The notes under the pieces: generated by a model
The model's input: the letters and a program-made list of their open reading frames with translations, nothing else
Told to the model about the DNA's origin: nothing
The model's database searches: none
Origin: Gammaproteobacteria bacterium
Lineage (GTDB): Bacteria; Pseudomonadota; Gammaproteobacteria; Francisellales; CACEW01
NCBI GenBank assembly: GCA_029240715.1
Contig: JARDZR010000001.1
Location: 1-54,548 of the forward strand
Direction: 5' to 3'
DNA length: 54,548 nt
In this document: positions 37,877 through 46,996 of the stretch, piece after piece
How positions within the stretch are numbered: the stretch's first letter is position 1
Layout: each line of letters opens with the position of its first letter
Made by a program: the position numbers and the translations under genes

Positions 37877-38523
37877 AAGCCTTAGACCGTTTAAGAGCAG
37901 GATATCAAAAATTCTGTGATGCTTATTTTTCCGGGGACAACCCCACTTTTAAAGAATTGGTTAGCCATGGTCAAAGACCAGAGGTATTAATTATCGGCTG
38001 CTGTGATTCAAGGGTATCCCCCTCTATTATCACCCAAGCAGAACCAGGCGAGCTGTTTACCATTCGCAATGTAGCAAACTTAGTTCCGCCTTATACTCAT
38101 GAAGAGGACACCTTTCACGGGGTGAGCGCAGCCATTGAATTTGCAGTCAGACACCTAGAGGTTGAGCATATTGTCGTATTAGGCCATAGCCAATGCGGCG
38201 GGATTAGGGCCTTAATGGAAAACGGCATTTTAGGCAAAAAAGACAGTTTTATTTCCACCTGGGTATCGATAGCCGAATCAGCTAAAAACAAAATTAACGA
38301 AGCATTTCCGCAGTTAAGCCTGGATGAAAAATGCCATCTTTGTGAACAGGAAGCTTTGCAGATTTCCCTTAATAACTTATTAACTTTCCCTTGGGTCAAA
38401 TCCAAAGTCGAAGCTAAAAAGTTATTTTTGCATGCCTGGCATTTTGACTTAGACTCAGGGCAGCTTACTGAATTCACACCGGAAACTCACGAAGCAAAAG
38501 TCCTTTATCATTACAGCAAATAA
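37873..38523 (+). CDS. can: Beta-class carbonic anhydrase
   Basis: The zinc ligands are in CCDSRV and GHSQCGG. The start overlaps comM as ATGA. Confidence 0.9.
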   Translation: MKALDRLRAGYQKFCDAYFSGDNPTFKELVSHGQRPEVLIIGCCDSRVSPSIITQAEPGELFTIRNVANLVPPYTHEEDTFHGVSAAIEFAVRHLEVEHIVVLGHSQCGGIRALMENGILGKKDSFISTWVSIAESAKNKINEAFPQLSLDEKCHLCEQEALQISLNNLLTFPWVKSKVEAKKLFLHAWHFDLDSGQLTEFTPETHEAKVLYHYSK

Positions 38524-38541
38524 AAAAAATTGAGGTGATTT

Positions 38542-40005
38542 ATGTTTAAACAAAACTCTCAATTCACCGTGGCTTTATTTGGCTTGTTCCTGCTTGGAAC
38601 TTTCGTATTGGTCAATGCCCTGACTTTACTCTGGCTATTACCCAGCTATTGTTTTTATGATATTCGCCGCATAACTCAATTGAGTTTGTTTCTGATAATC
38701 AGCTTAATGCTATTTTCAAGCAGCAGCTTGCGAGAAAAATGTATATCTCTGATTATGCAGCTACCTAAGTTAAGCCAGATTGCCCTTTTGGGCTTTTTTG
38801 TTTTAGGTTTAATTTCAGCTTGTTTTGCTGCATTACCCAGATTTGGCCTATTAGAATGGGCAACTGCTTTTATGCTGTTTGTCATGACAATCAGTTTAGC
38901 GGCAATAAGAGCAAAGCTACATCAAAGCTTCGATCGAATTATGCTTTATGCCTTAATGACTATCATAGGCTGTTATAGCTTTCTAGCCCTGTCTACTTTG
39001 CTGATCGCAGCTACTGGAACATTAGCAGCTGCCAGCTCCAGCGCTTTATTTTATGCATTGGCTGCTCCTACATTTAACAATCCAAGGTTCTTAACTCAAT
39101 TAATGAGCTGGACCCTGCCTTTAATGGTCCTGCCTAATCTACTTTATCCTAGTAAACAAAGATGGCTGCGCTACATTTTGTTTTTATTGGCAGCCTATTG
39201 GTGGTGCCTGGCTTTTGCCGGTCAATCAAGAGCGTTGGAACTAGCCAGCCTGGTGGTTGGAGTGCTTATTTTTGCTCTATTTGGTAAGTCTGCTCAAGCC
39301 TATTTGTTGCGTCAAATTGGGGCGCTGATGTTTGGCACGCTTTTATATTTTGTTTTATATCATGGCTTGGTGCATTTGCCGTTAAGACATTTAAGCTTGC
39401 TGGATCCTGACAATCGCCTGCAAATCTGGGGAGTAGCGATTACATTAATTAAAGCCCATCCTTTACTTGGAGTGGGGCCGATGCATTTTTCTTATTATGC
39501 CTATGCCTATGAACAGCTTGTTGCCCATCCTCACAATGCTATTTTAATGATTGCTTGTGAATGGGGAATCCCGGCAGCCCTAATGATCATTAGCGTCATT
39601 GCCTGGGGACTTTGGCGTTGGCTTCATTTTTGTCGGCAACAAGTTAAATCAACTGCTCATGCCAACTTACTAATTGGCATAAGTGGCTCATTACTGATGG
39701 CTGGAATCGATTCTATGTTCAGCGGCACCTTGGTCATGCCAACAAGCCAGGTGATGTTAAGCATTATCATTGCTTGGGCCCTAAGCCTTTATTTTTATAA
39801 TAGACCCAGCGTTGTTAGCTTCAAATATGCCCATATTGTATTGCTGGCTTTGGTTTTAGCGGCCATCACTCTATTGATAATAGGCGTAGCACCTGATATC
39901 AATCGATTACCGCAAATAGAGGCAAACTATAGAGCGACATGCGCTGCGGTATCTTGCGTGACTTCGCCTAATTATTGGATGCAAGGTTGGATTGGCTTGT
40001 ATTAA
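38542..40005 (+). CDS. O-antigen ligase / PglL-like (Wzy_C) polytopic membrane protein
   Basis: 487 aa with at least 10 TM segments. The loop with HPLLGVGPMHF..AHPHNAILMIACEWGIP is typical of the Wzy_C domain. Confidence 0.7.
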   Translation: MFKQNSQFTVALFGLFLLGTFVLVNALTLLWLLPSYCFYDIRRITQLSLFLIISLMLFSSSSLREKCISLIMQLPKLSQIALLGFFVLGLISACFAALPRFGLLEWATAFMLFVMTISLAAIRAKLHQSFDRIMLYALMTIIGCYSFLALSTLLIAATGTLAAASSSALFYALAAPTFNNPRFLTQLMSWTLPLMVLPNLLYPSKQRWLRYILFLLAAYWWCLAFAGQSRALELASLVVGVLIFALFGKSAQAYLLRQIGALMFGTLLYFVLYHGLVHLPLRHLSLLDPDNRLQIWGVAITLIKAHPLLGVGPMHFSYYAYAYEQLVAHPHNAILMIACEWGIPAALMIISVIAWGLWRWLHFCRQQVKSTAHANLLIGISGSLLMAGIDSMFSGTLVMPTSQVMLSIIIAWALSLYFYNRPSVVSFKYAHIVLLALVLAAITLLIIGVAPDINRLPQIEANYRATCAAVSCVTSPNYWMQGWIGLY

Positions 40006-41351
40006 TTGCCTTGATCTTGCATAGCCTGTACTAACTGTTCAAAAACTTGACCTCGGTGTTCATAGTTTTTAAACATATCAAAGCTAGCGCAAGCTGGGGA
40101 CAATAAAACATTGTCACCGGACTGTGCCAGCATTTGGGCTTTCTTTAAAGCTTCTTCAAAGCTTAAAGCAAATTCCCGCTGGGCATTTGGCAAAGCTTCT
40201 GAAATTTTTCGAGAGTCCTCACCAAATAAAATCACCACTTTTACATATTGCTCAACAGCTGGCGCAAGCAGGCTAAAGTCTTGCCCTTTTCCTACTCCTC
40301 CAGCCAATAAAATAAGCTTTCCTTTACATTGCGGGCCCAAACCCTCGATAGCAGCAATGGTGGCTCCGACATTAGTGCCTTTAGAGTCATTGAACCATTT
40401 TACTCCTGCTATTTCAGCAACCAATCTGCAACGATGCGGCAGACCTTTAAACTTTTTAAGCACTTCAAGCATAGGGCCAACAGGTAAACCTAAAGGAAAT
40501 GTAATAGCCAATGCAGATAAAGCGTTTTCTACATTATGCTGACCCGATAGGCCAGAGCTCATTTCAGATACAGGCATAAGCAGCTTTTCACCTAAAGCAA
40601 GGTAAGCTTGACCCCCATCTTGTCTTAAACCAAATTGCTGCTCAAGAGGCTGGTCCAGACCAAAGCTTAATGGAGGCTCAGTGAAATTAAATTTAAGCTT
40701 CATGGCCCGATTTACCACAGGGTGGGCACAGTTTTGATAAATAATTTCCTTAGCAGCTTGATAGCTTTCCATTGAACCATGTCGATCTAAATGATCTGGA
40801 GTGACATTTAATATTGCGCTAACCAGAGGCTTTAAGGAATGGGTCGTTTCTAACTGAAAACTCGACAGTTCTAAAACATAGTAATCTGGAACGTGTTCTT
40901 TCAATAGGTCTAAAGCAGGCAATCCGATATTGCCTCCCATCTTGGCACGTTTGCCAGCCGCATTGATCATATCGGTTACCAAGCTAGTCACCGTGCTTTT
41001 AGCATTAGTTCCGGTAATAGCGATAATGGGCGCTTGAGCCACTCTTACAAAAAGCTCGATATCTCCAATAACCGGCAGGCCTTTTCTTTTCGCTTCTGCA
41101 ATAACGGGAAGATTAAGATCTATCCCAGGGCTTACAATGACTTCTTGAATTTGGTCCAACACCTGCTCAGGCAAAGTTCCTGCATACATAGGAATACCTG
41201 GCCATTTGGCTTGATAACTGCTGAATTCAGTCAAAGTAGGCCGAGTATCAAATACCACCAAATCAAAATTGGGAAGCAAATATTCAATACAGGAAATGCC
41301 GGTTTTGCCCAGCCCAATAATGAGTTTTTTAGGTTTATGATCGATCGGCAT
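40002..41351 (-). CDS. murD: UDP-N-acetylmuramoylalanine-D-glutamate ligase
   Basis: 449 aa. GLGKTGIS, ITGTNAKST and the overall Mur ligase domain pattern support the call. Confidence 0.92.
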   Translation of the reverse strand: MPIDHKPKKLIIGLGKTGISCIEYLLPNFDLVVFDTRPTLTEFSSYQAKWPGIPMYAGTLPEQVLDQIQEVIVSPGIDLNLPVIAEAKRKGLPVIGDIELFVRVAQAPIIAITGTNAKSTVTSLVTDMINAAGKRAKMGGNIGLPALDLLKEHVPDYYVLELSSFQLETTHSLKPLVSAILNVTPDHLDRHGSMESYQAAKEIIYQNCAHPVVNRAMKLKFNFTEPPLSFGLDQPLEQQFGLRQDGGQAYLALGEKLLMPVSEMSSGLSGQHNVENALSALAITFPLGLPVGPMLEVLKKFKGLPHRCRLVAEIAGVKWFNDSKGTNVGATIAAIEGLGPQCKGKLILLAGGVGKGQDFSLLAPAVEQYVKVVILFGEDSRKISEALPNAQREFALSFEEALKKAQMLAQSGDNVLLSPACASFDMFKNYEHRGQVFEQLVQAMQDQGN

Positions 41352-41460
41352 AAAATAAACTTCCCTATAAAGAATGCCTTGCCGAGTTTAGATCAAAACC
41401 CTTAGCAGTTCCAGCTCCAAATTAGACTATGGCATATTAAAATTGAGGCAACACAGGGAG

Positions 41461-41868
41461 TTAATGTAAGAGACGCGGGTCAATTTTAGTATTCTGTTGC
41501 GGATTAACTAATAAAAACTCAGGAATAGCAATCTGAAATTTATTGCGATCTAAATCCTGCATTTCATAGCTGCCTTGCATAGAACCGCTTTGAGTATGCA
41601 ACACACAAAAACTGCTGTAGGAAAAAGTTTCGCCTGGTTTAATTACTGGCTGTAAACCGACTACGCCCGGTCCTTTTACTTCTTCAATATGACCGTTAAG
41701 GTCAGTGATAACCCAATGCCGATTTAATAGCTGCACAATTTTATCAGAGTAGTTAGTCAGGCTCACTTCGTAAACCCAGGTATAAGTTTGGTCTTCTGCT
41801 GAAGAGTGCTCAGGTAAAAACTTAGGATTGACCTTAACTTCAATTTGATGAGTGGTTTGCCTATACAT
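41461..41868 (-). CDS. apaG: ApaG (DUF525) protein
   Basis: The pattern ..YTWVYEVSLTN.. LLNRHWVITD..G..EEVKGPGVVG.QP.I.PGE.F.Y.S matches ApaG. I prefer the ATG at 41868 over the TTG at 41898. Confidence 0.88.
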   Translation of the reverse strand: MYRQTTHQIEVKVNPKFLPEHSSAEDQTYTWVYEVSLTNYSDKIVQLLNRHWVITDLNGHIEEVKGPGVVGLQPVIKPGETFSYSSFCVLHTQSGSMQGSYEMQDLDRNKFQIAIPEFLLVNPQQNTKIDPRLLH

Positions 41869-41920
41869 AAACACCCTGATGTTTATAAATTTAAACAAAC
41901 TTAAATATAGTGCATTTTAT

Positions 41921-42739
41921 CTAAGATTGCACCTGACATTGTTGACAATATACCGTGGTCCTTTGCCCCAAGCGCGTTTCCAAAAGCATAGAGCGGCAAA
42001 TTAAACAGGGCTTGCCGCCTCTGCCATAAACAAATAACTCCTGCTGAAAGTAACCCGGCTTGCCCTTACCATCTCGATAGTCTTTCAAAGTGGTGCCGCC
42101 TTGCTCAATGGCCCTATTTAAAACCTGTTTAATCGCATCGCTTAATTTTTCGCATTGCGCTTTGCTTAATTGACTGGCCGGGGTAGCAGGGTCAATTTTG
42201 GCATGGAACAAAGCTTCATTGGCATAGATATTACCCACTCCAACCACAATATGGCTATCCATAATCAATAATTTAATGGCAGTCTGACGTGTTCTACTTA
42301 AACGATACAGCAAGTCTGCATTAAACTCCTCTGATAAAGGCTCAGGCCCTAAGTTGGCTAATAAAGGATGGGAATTTTCCAATTCTGACCATAGCACAGC
42401 GCCAAATCGACGGGTATCGTTCAACCTTAAACATAAATTAGAATTTAACAACAGATCAAAATGATCATGTTTGCCAACAGGAGTGTTTGCTTCGACTAGT
42501 TTTAATACCCCCGACATCCCTAAGTGAATCATTAAATTGCCATGAGCAAACTCAAATAAAAGGTACTTGGCCCGTCTTTTAATGCTAAGAATGTGTTGGC
42601 CTTCTATTAACTGCGGCAAGTTGGCTGGAATCGGCCAACGCAGATCAGGCCTTCTTAAGATGACTTTTTTAACCTCTTGCCCTTCGCAGCTTGCAAGGAG
42701 GGTCCTTCGGACTGTCTCTACTTCTGGTAACTCTGGCAT
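41921..42739 (-). CDS. mutM: Formamidopyrimidine-DNA glycosylase
   Basis: N-terminal MPELPEVE, the H2TH domain, and a C-terminal zinc finger C..C..(16)..C..C. Confidence 0.95.
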   Translation of the reverse strand: MPELPEVETVRRTLLASCEGQEVKKVILRRPDLRWPIPANLPQLIEGQHILSIKRRAKYLLFEFAHGNLMIHLGMSGVLKLVEANTPVGKHDHFDLLLNSNLCLRLNDTRRFGAVLWSELENSHPLLANLGPEPLSEEFNADLLYRLSRTRQTAIKLLIMDSHIVVGVGNIYANEALFHAKIDPATPASQLSKAQCEKLSDAIKQVLNRAIEQGGTTLKDYRDGKGKPGYFQQELFVYGRGGKPCLICRSMLLETRLGQRTTVYCQQCQVQS

Positions 42740-42794
42740 AGTATTATTCCTTATAAGGGCTTGATTGTACTACCTTTTAAAGCCCCGCAAAAGC

Positions 42795-42823
42795 TTGATT
42801 TATTTAGGGTTTAAGCGTATAAT
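42795..42823 (+). promoter_or_regulatory. Sigma70-type promoter for the desaturase gene (-35 TTGATT, 17-nt spacer, -10 TATAAT)
   Basis: Hexamers and spacing were counted directly. It lies 42 nt upstream of the ATG at 42865. Confidence 0.5.
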
Positions 42824-42864
42824 ACCTCTACTTAATCTTATATCGGGATTACTAGGAGAACCTA

Positions 42865-44058
42865 ATGTCATTCTACGGTCTACTCAATTTACCTTGGTGG
42901 GGCTATGTTCTGTTTACTTTGATCAGCACTCACATCACTATGATTTGTGTAACGGTTTTTTTGCACAGAAGCCAAGCCCATAGAGCCTTGGACCTGCATC
43001 CTATTGTCTCTCATTTCTTTAGGTTTTGGTTGTGGTTAACCACCGGCATGAAAACCAAAGAGTGGGTAGCCGTACATAGAAAGCATCATGCAAAATGCGA
43101 AACAGAAGATGATCCTCACAGCCCTCAAGTCGAAGGCTTAAACACAGTTTTATGGCAAGGTGCTGAACTATATCGTGCCGAAAAGAAAATTCCTGAAACT
43201 TTAGAGAAATACGGCAAAGGCACCCCTGATGACTGGCTTGAGCGTCACGTCTACTCCACTCCATTTTTGCGCGGAAAACTTGGCGTCATCATGTTGCTTT
43301 ATATCGATTTATTATTGCTTGGCGGCCCTGGTTTAATCGTATGGGGCATCCAAATGGCATGGACTCCATTTTTTGCTGCAGGCATTGTTAATGGAATCGG
43401 TCATTACTTTGGCTATCGCAATTTTGAATGCCCAGATGCAGCTACTAACATTGTTCCTTGGGGAATTTTTATTGCCGGAGAAGAGCTTCATAATAACCAC
43501 CACACCTATGGCACTTCGGCTAAATTATCGGTGAAATGGTGGGAATTTGATATCGGCTGGGCCTATATTAAAACCTTGTCAATTTTAGGATTGGCTAAAG
43601 TAAAACGTCTGCATCCTACAACCAAAACTATAAAAAACAAGCATGAAGTAGATATGGATACCTTAAAAGCCATTATCAATAATCGCTTGCAGTTATTGAC
43701 CTGCTATATGCATGAAGTGGTTATGCCGGTATTTAAAACTGAGCGCAAAAACACTTGGGATAACAATAAATATCGCAGCTTATGCGCAAAAACCAAATCT
43801 CTGCTTAGACGCAATGACGCCCTCATTAAGCCTGAGGAAATGTCACATATCGAGCAAGCTTTGGCTAATAGCCGAGCCTTGACTGTTGTTTATGAATATC
43901 GCACTAGACTTCAAGAAATCTGGAACCGCACTGCTGCCAGCAACCATGAATTACTGCAAGCTCTGCGTAACTGGTGCGTTGAAGCCGAACAAAGCGGGAT
44001 TAAGCAACTACAAGAATTTGTTAGCTATGTACGTTCTTATCACCTAAAAGAAGCTTGA
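42865..44058 (+). CDS. Membrane acyl-lipid/acyl-CoA fatty acid desaturase (DesA-like)
   Basis: 397 aa. The three His boxes are HRSQAH, HRKHH and HNNHH, with TM pairs between them. Confidence 0.85.
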   Translation: MSFYGLLNLPWWGYVLFTLISTHITMICVTVFLHRSQAHRALDLHPIVSHFFRFWLWLTTGMKTKEWVAVHRKHHAKCETEDDPHSPQVEGLNTVLWQGAELYRAEKKIPETLEKYGKGTPDDWLERHVYSTPFLRGKLGVIMLLYIDLLLLGGPGLIVWGIQMAWTPFFAAGIVNGIGHYFGYRNFECPDAATNIVPWGIFIAGEELHNNHHTYGTSAKLSVKWWEFDIGWAYIKTLSILGLAKVKRLHPTTKTIKNKHEVDMDTLKAIINNRLQLLTCYMHEVVMPVFKTERKNTWDNNKYRSLCAKTKSLLRRNDALIKPEEMSHIEQALANSRALTVVYEYRTRLQEIWNRTAASNHELLQALRNWCVEAEQSGIKQLQEFVSYVRSYHLKEA

Positions 44059-45282
44059 TAGGCCAGCAACCAATCCAAACAATGCAGTTATCCCAAGGAT
44101 TAGCCCAACGATAACTGCATACTTGCCCTTCAATCGATACGCTTCTGGCAGCGCTTTAATGGCCAGCAAGTATAAAAAGCCCAGTACAATCGGTAACAAA
44201 ATGGCATTCATCACTTCAACTGCCACGCTAAGTGAAACCAAGTTGATTTTAGAAGTAACCAGAATGCCACCCAGTATCAAAACCAAAGTATAAACCCCAT
44301 AAAACCAGGGTGCGTCTTTAGGATGATGCTCAAGTGAGCGTTTGTAACCCATCACCTCGCCCAAGCCCCAAGCAGCTGTCAGTGACACTACAATAGCGGC
44401 AATTAAAGAAGCACCCAGCATTCCTAAAGCAAAAAGAATTTCACCGGCGCTTTTGCCTAAAAACGGAATTAAAGCCTGGCTGATTTGCTCAACTGTATCT
44501 AAAGCTGCTCCAGGATTTTTCTTACCTATTGTGGCTGCGGTGATCACCATCATAGAAACCATAATGACCTGAGTAATGATAGCCCCTATAGCCGTATCAA
44601 ACCGAGCACTTTTTAGATGGATCAAACCTAATTTTTTATCCACCACGGCTGATTGCTGATAAAACACCATCCAGGGCATGACAACAGCACCGACATTTGC
44701 AGCAGCTAAATAAAAATAGGCCTGATTATTCAAAGGAATCTGCCACATCTGCTGCCAAGCTTCTTGATAATGAGGATGGGCTAAAACGGCCACTACAATA
44801 AAGGCAAACTCAAATAAACCAATAAAAATTGCGCAGCGCTCAGTGCTTTGATAGCTTCCAGTCCAAGTGATGACCAACATAAAAGCAATGACAAGAATCA
44901 TGCTGATAGAAGTCGGCACCCCCAAGAGATGGCCTACCCCTGCTACTCCGCTAAACTCAGTGATAATAGCCCCGATACAAGAAACCATTAAAGTGCTGAC
45001 AGATAGCCAAGCCCAGTATTTACCAAAATGGCTTTTAATTAATTCACCATGACCTTGTTGGGTAACAATGCCTAAACGAACGGTGAGCTCTTGAGCAATA
45101 AATAAAATGGGAATTAAAATTAGCTGCAAAAGCAACATGCGATAGCCCCAAACAGAACCGCTTTGGGCTGCAGTAATTAAACTGCCTGCATCGGTATCAG
45201 CCAACATCACAACCAAACCCGGCCCTATCGTAAAAAAGAATACATAGAGCCAGAATTTTTTTTGTTTCACGCTATTGCTCAT
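44044..45282 (-). CDS. Nramp-family divalent metal transporter (divergent MntH-like)
   Basis: About 11 TM segments. GPGLVVMLADTDAGS..AAQSGSVWGY.MLL aligns to the Nramp TM1 region, and GAVVMPWM aligns to TM6. I prefer the ATG at 45282 over the TTG at 45303. Confidence 0.78.
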   Translation of the reverse strand: MSNSVKQKKFWLYVFFFTIGPGLVVMLADTDAGSLITAAQSGSVWGYRMLLLQLILIPILFIAQELTVRLGIVTQQGHGELIKSHFGKYWAWLSVSTLMVSCIGAIITEFSGVAGVGHLLGVPTSISMILVIAFMLVITWTGSYQSTERCAIFIGLFEFAFIVVAVLAHPHYQEAWQQMWQIPLNNQAYFYLAAANVGAVVMPWMVFYQQSAVVDKKLGLIHLKSARFDTAIGAIITQVIMVSMMVITAATIGKKNPGAALDTVEQISQALIPFLGKSAGEILFALGMLGASLIAAIVVSLTAAWGLGEVMGYKRSLEHHPKDAPWFYGVYTLVLILGGILVTSKINLVSLSVAVEVMNAILLPIVLGFLYLLAIKALPEAYRLKGKYAVIVGLILGITALFGLVAGLSSFF

Positions 45283-45299
45283 GGTTAATCCATCATCAG

Positions 45300-45341
45300 G
45301 CAAATGAGAATCATTATCATTTGGCTGCGAGCATTTGTCAA
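45300..45341 (-). promoter_or_regulatory. Sigma70 promoter of the Nramp gene (-35 TTGACA, 17-nt spacer, -10 GATAAT) overlapped by a Fur-box-like palindrome
   Basis: On the minus strand the sequence reads TTGACA-N17-GATAAT. On the plus strand, 45300-45318 (GCAAATGAGAATCATTATC) matches the Fur consensus GATAATGATAATCATTATC at 16 of 19 positions, covering the -10 and the predicted transcription start. Confidence 0.55.
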
Positions 45342-45358
45342 TCGATACTCAATTAATA

Positions 45359-45982
45359 CTAGCTCTTGCTAGTATCTACTTCTGTATTAGTTGTAATCAC
45401 GCTATGCACTGAGGTATTGCCGTTTTGCACTGACACTGTAGTCACTTGAGTATTCTCGGTTTGGCGAGTTTCGCTATGGACTGTAATGTGTTGAAATGCA
45501 TCAACTCCGCCAACTTTAAAAAATAAAGCACTGCCACTGAGTATGATATTCAGTATCAAAAAGCCAAACACGCTAGCTGCGGAAGTTCTTCCTTGAGCAT
45601 GATACAAAGTAATTTTTGCAGCAGGGTCGATAGTTTCTGCGTTGATTTTAGCAACTTTTTTACTCGCAAAGTTTAAGTAATAGCGCAATCCAAATAAGCC
45701 TACAGCAAGATGGATGATCCCGATAGCAGAGTGAAATGGTAAACCTGGAATTTTACTGGAGATGCCATAGAAGCCAAGAAACTGAATCCCAAGTTCAACT
45801 ATCAAGACTATAAATGCAGCCAAATAAGCTTTGCGATAAGCTAGCCATAAGAAGCTAAAAAGCAAAGCCGGCAAGCTAAAAGAAATGGGTTTAGATCCGC
45901 GATCAATAATTTTTTCAGCATTATTACCAATAAAAGTTTTTAAATTTTCTAGGTTGACTCCAGGTCTTGTTAACGGATGCAT
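45359..45982 (-). CDS. DUF2628-like membrane protein with Thr/Val-rich C-terminal tail
   Basis: 207 aa. SFSLPALLFSFLWLAYRKAYLAAF resembles the DUF2628 core. It has 3-4 TM segments. Confidence 0.55.
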   Translation of the reverse strand: MHPLTRPGVNLENLKTFIGNNAEKIIDRGSKPISFSLPALLFSFLWLAYRKAYLAAFIVLIVELGIQFLGFYGISSKIPGLPFHSAIGIIHLAVGLFGLRYYLNFASKKVAKINAETIDPAAKITLYHAQGRTSAASVFGFLILNIILSGSALFFKVGGVDAFQHITVHSETRQTENTQVTTVSVQNGNTSVHSVITTNTEVDTSKS

Positions 45983-46081
45983 TTTACCACTCCTATAATT
46001 TAAAAAATTAGGTCGCTAATTAAGTTTAGCTGAACTTTTGTTATACTATGGCAAATCTTTAGCAACATTTGAAGGACTATT

Positions 46082-46996
46082 ATGCAAAAGGCAGCCAGCC
46101 CTAGCTTTCAAGACATTATTTTTACCCTGCAGCGATATTGGGCTGAACAGGGCTGTATTATTATTCAACCTTATGACATGGAAATGGGCGCAGGTACTTT
46201 TCATCCTGCTACTTTTTTAAGAGCCATTGGCCCTGAGCCTTGGAATGCAGCTTATGTGCAACCTTGCCGCCGCCCAACTGATGGTCGCTATGCTGAAAAC
46301 CCTAATCGCGCTCAGCATTACTATCAGTTTCAGGTGGTGATGAAGCCCTCTCCTGACAATATTCAAGAACTTTATCTAGGCTCATTAAAAGCGCTTGGAA
46401 TTGATCTTTTAGAACACGACATACGCTTTGTGGAAGATAACTGGGAATCCCCTACCGCCGGAGCTTGGGGACTGGGTTGGGAAGTCTGGATCAACGGCAT
46501 GGAAGTCACTCAGTTTACTTATTTCCAACAAGTTGGCGGCATTGAGTGCAAACCCGTTACCGGTGAAATCACCTATGGTCTTGAAAGACTCGCCATGTAC
46601 TTACAGGATGTCAACTCCATGTATGACCTAGTCTGGAGCGTAGGACCCTTTGGCCCAGTGACTTATGGTGATGTGTTTAAACAAAACGAAGTAGAAATGT
46701 CGACCTATAACTTTGAACAAGCTCCTATTGAAGCCTTGTTCAAACAGTTTGATTTTTTCGAGACTGAAAGCCATCGCTTAATGACAGAAAAACTGGCATT
46801 ACCTGCTTATGAAATGGCGCTTAAGGCCTCTCATACTTTTAATTTACTCGATGCTAGGAAGGCCATCTCAGTGACAGAAAGACAGCGTTTTATCTTAAGG
46901 GTGAGGGCTTTATCATTGGCAGTCGCGAAATCTTATTATGAGGCAAGAGAAGCTTTAGGCTTTCCCATGTGCCAAATTAAGGGGGAGCAAGCATGA
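46082..46996 (+). CDS. glyQ: Glycine-tRNA ligase alpha subunit
   Basis: 304 aa. [17 protein letters not shown] and the highly conserved GlyQ core support the call. Confidence 0.97.
   Translation: MQKAASPSFQDIIFTLQRYWAEQGCIIIQPYDMEMGAGTFHPATFLRAIGPEPWNAAYVQPCRRPTDGRYAENPNRAQHYYQFQVVMKPSPDNIQELYLGSLKALGIDLLEHDIRFVEDNWESPTAGAWGLGWEVWINGMEVTQFTYFQQVGGIECKPVTGEITYGLERLAMYLQDVNSMYDLVWSVGPFGPVTYGDVFKQNEVEMSTYNFEQAPIEALFKQFDFFETESHRLMTEKLALPAYEMALKASHTFNLLDARKAISVTERQRFILRVRALSLAVAKSYYEAREALGFPMCQIKGEQA

Noticed and set aside
42765-42983. A 72-aa plus-strand ORF overlapping the desaturase start.
   Set aside because: It starts upstream of, and so would contain, the predicted desaturase promoter (42795-42823), and it overlaps the desaturase CDS out of frame. 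It has no Shine-Dalgarno, and its sequence is hydrophobic with no motifs.
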